Shown piece by piece: positions 63,929 to 64,000 of a stretch of 64,000 bases of DNA (position 1 is the stretch's first letter; the number at the start of each line of letters is the position of its first letter). The position numbers and the translations under genes were made by a program. Under the pieces are notes generated by a model. That model had not been told where the DNA came from. It saw only the letters and a program-made list of their open reading frames with translations, and made no database searches. This DNA comes from a virus. The stretch covers positions 75,037-139,036 of IMG/VR virus record IMGVR_UViG_3300036770_002724. One strand, 5' to 3'.

Positions 63929-64000
63929 ATGTGGACCAAGGATGACCCGGAGATCGCCAACATCCTCGCCTTCGTCGAGCACCTGCTCGACGAAGGGCGG
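63929..64000 (+). CDS. Partial ORF running off the right edge
   Basis: MWTKDDPEIANILAFVEHLLDEGR; ATG 7 nt after class A motif. Confidence 0.65.
   Translation, partial: MWTKDDPEIANILAFVEHLLDEGR

Noticed and set aside
1-64000. Reverse transcriptase/DGR, integrase, Cas genes, rRNA, tRNA
   Set aside because: No recognisable motifs found in the ORF track or by reading; cannot be fully excluded without HMM and covariance searches

Overview
This window is 64 kb of a large, high-GC contractile-tailed (myovirus-like, probably jumbo) bacteriophage genome. From ~4.6 to 33.4 kb the + strand carries the neck/tail morphogenesis operon: neck proteins, tail terminator, a giant 1758-aa sheath, tube, two chaperone-like genes, tape measure, two tube-initiator-like paralogs, a 1790-aa hub and a spike. 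An actin-family ATPase and a free-standing endonuclease are embedded in it. The rest is a mosaic of small accessory genes, nucleotide/DNA-repair genes (dCMP deaminase, dTMP kinase, pyrimidine-dimer glycosylase, NAD-dependent ligase), two lysins and a fibre/decoration cluster. The best novelty candidates are: (1) a single 1304-aa polypeptide with four glycosyltransferase domains plus an FkbM methyltransferase, a possible virion glycan assembly line; (2) a ~29-aa N-terminal leader cassette shared by unrelated proteins and ending in L-R-E-A, a possible capsid-targeting/protease-cleaved signal; (3) a 31-bp bipartite motif (TTGTGGCTAAAC-N13-G(GA/AG)TAG) present 9 times, usually exactly 7 nt before an ATG, i.e. 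a leaderless-mRNA promoter class; (4) a 144-bp TIR-bounded, G-U-rich structured element with a hammerhead-like core; (5) a putative glycine-zipper toxin/immunity pair, an NLTPH-motif putative ring-nuclease anti-CRISPR, and a very acidic putative DNA mimic. A DAG/DGG linker in one secreted protein hints at a myxobacterial host (inference). All protein assignments come from motif recognition by eye; no database search was run. No tRNA, rRNA or CRISPR array was seen.
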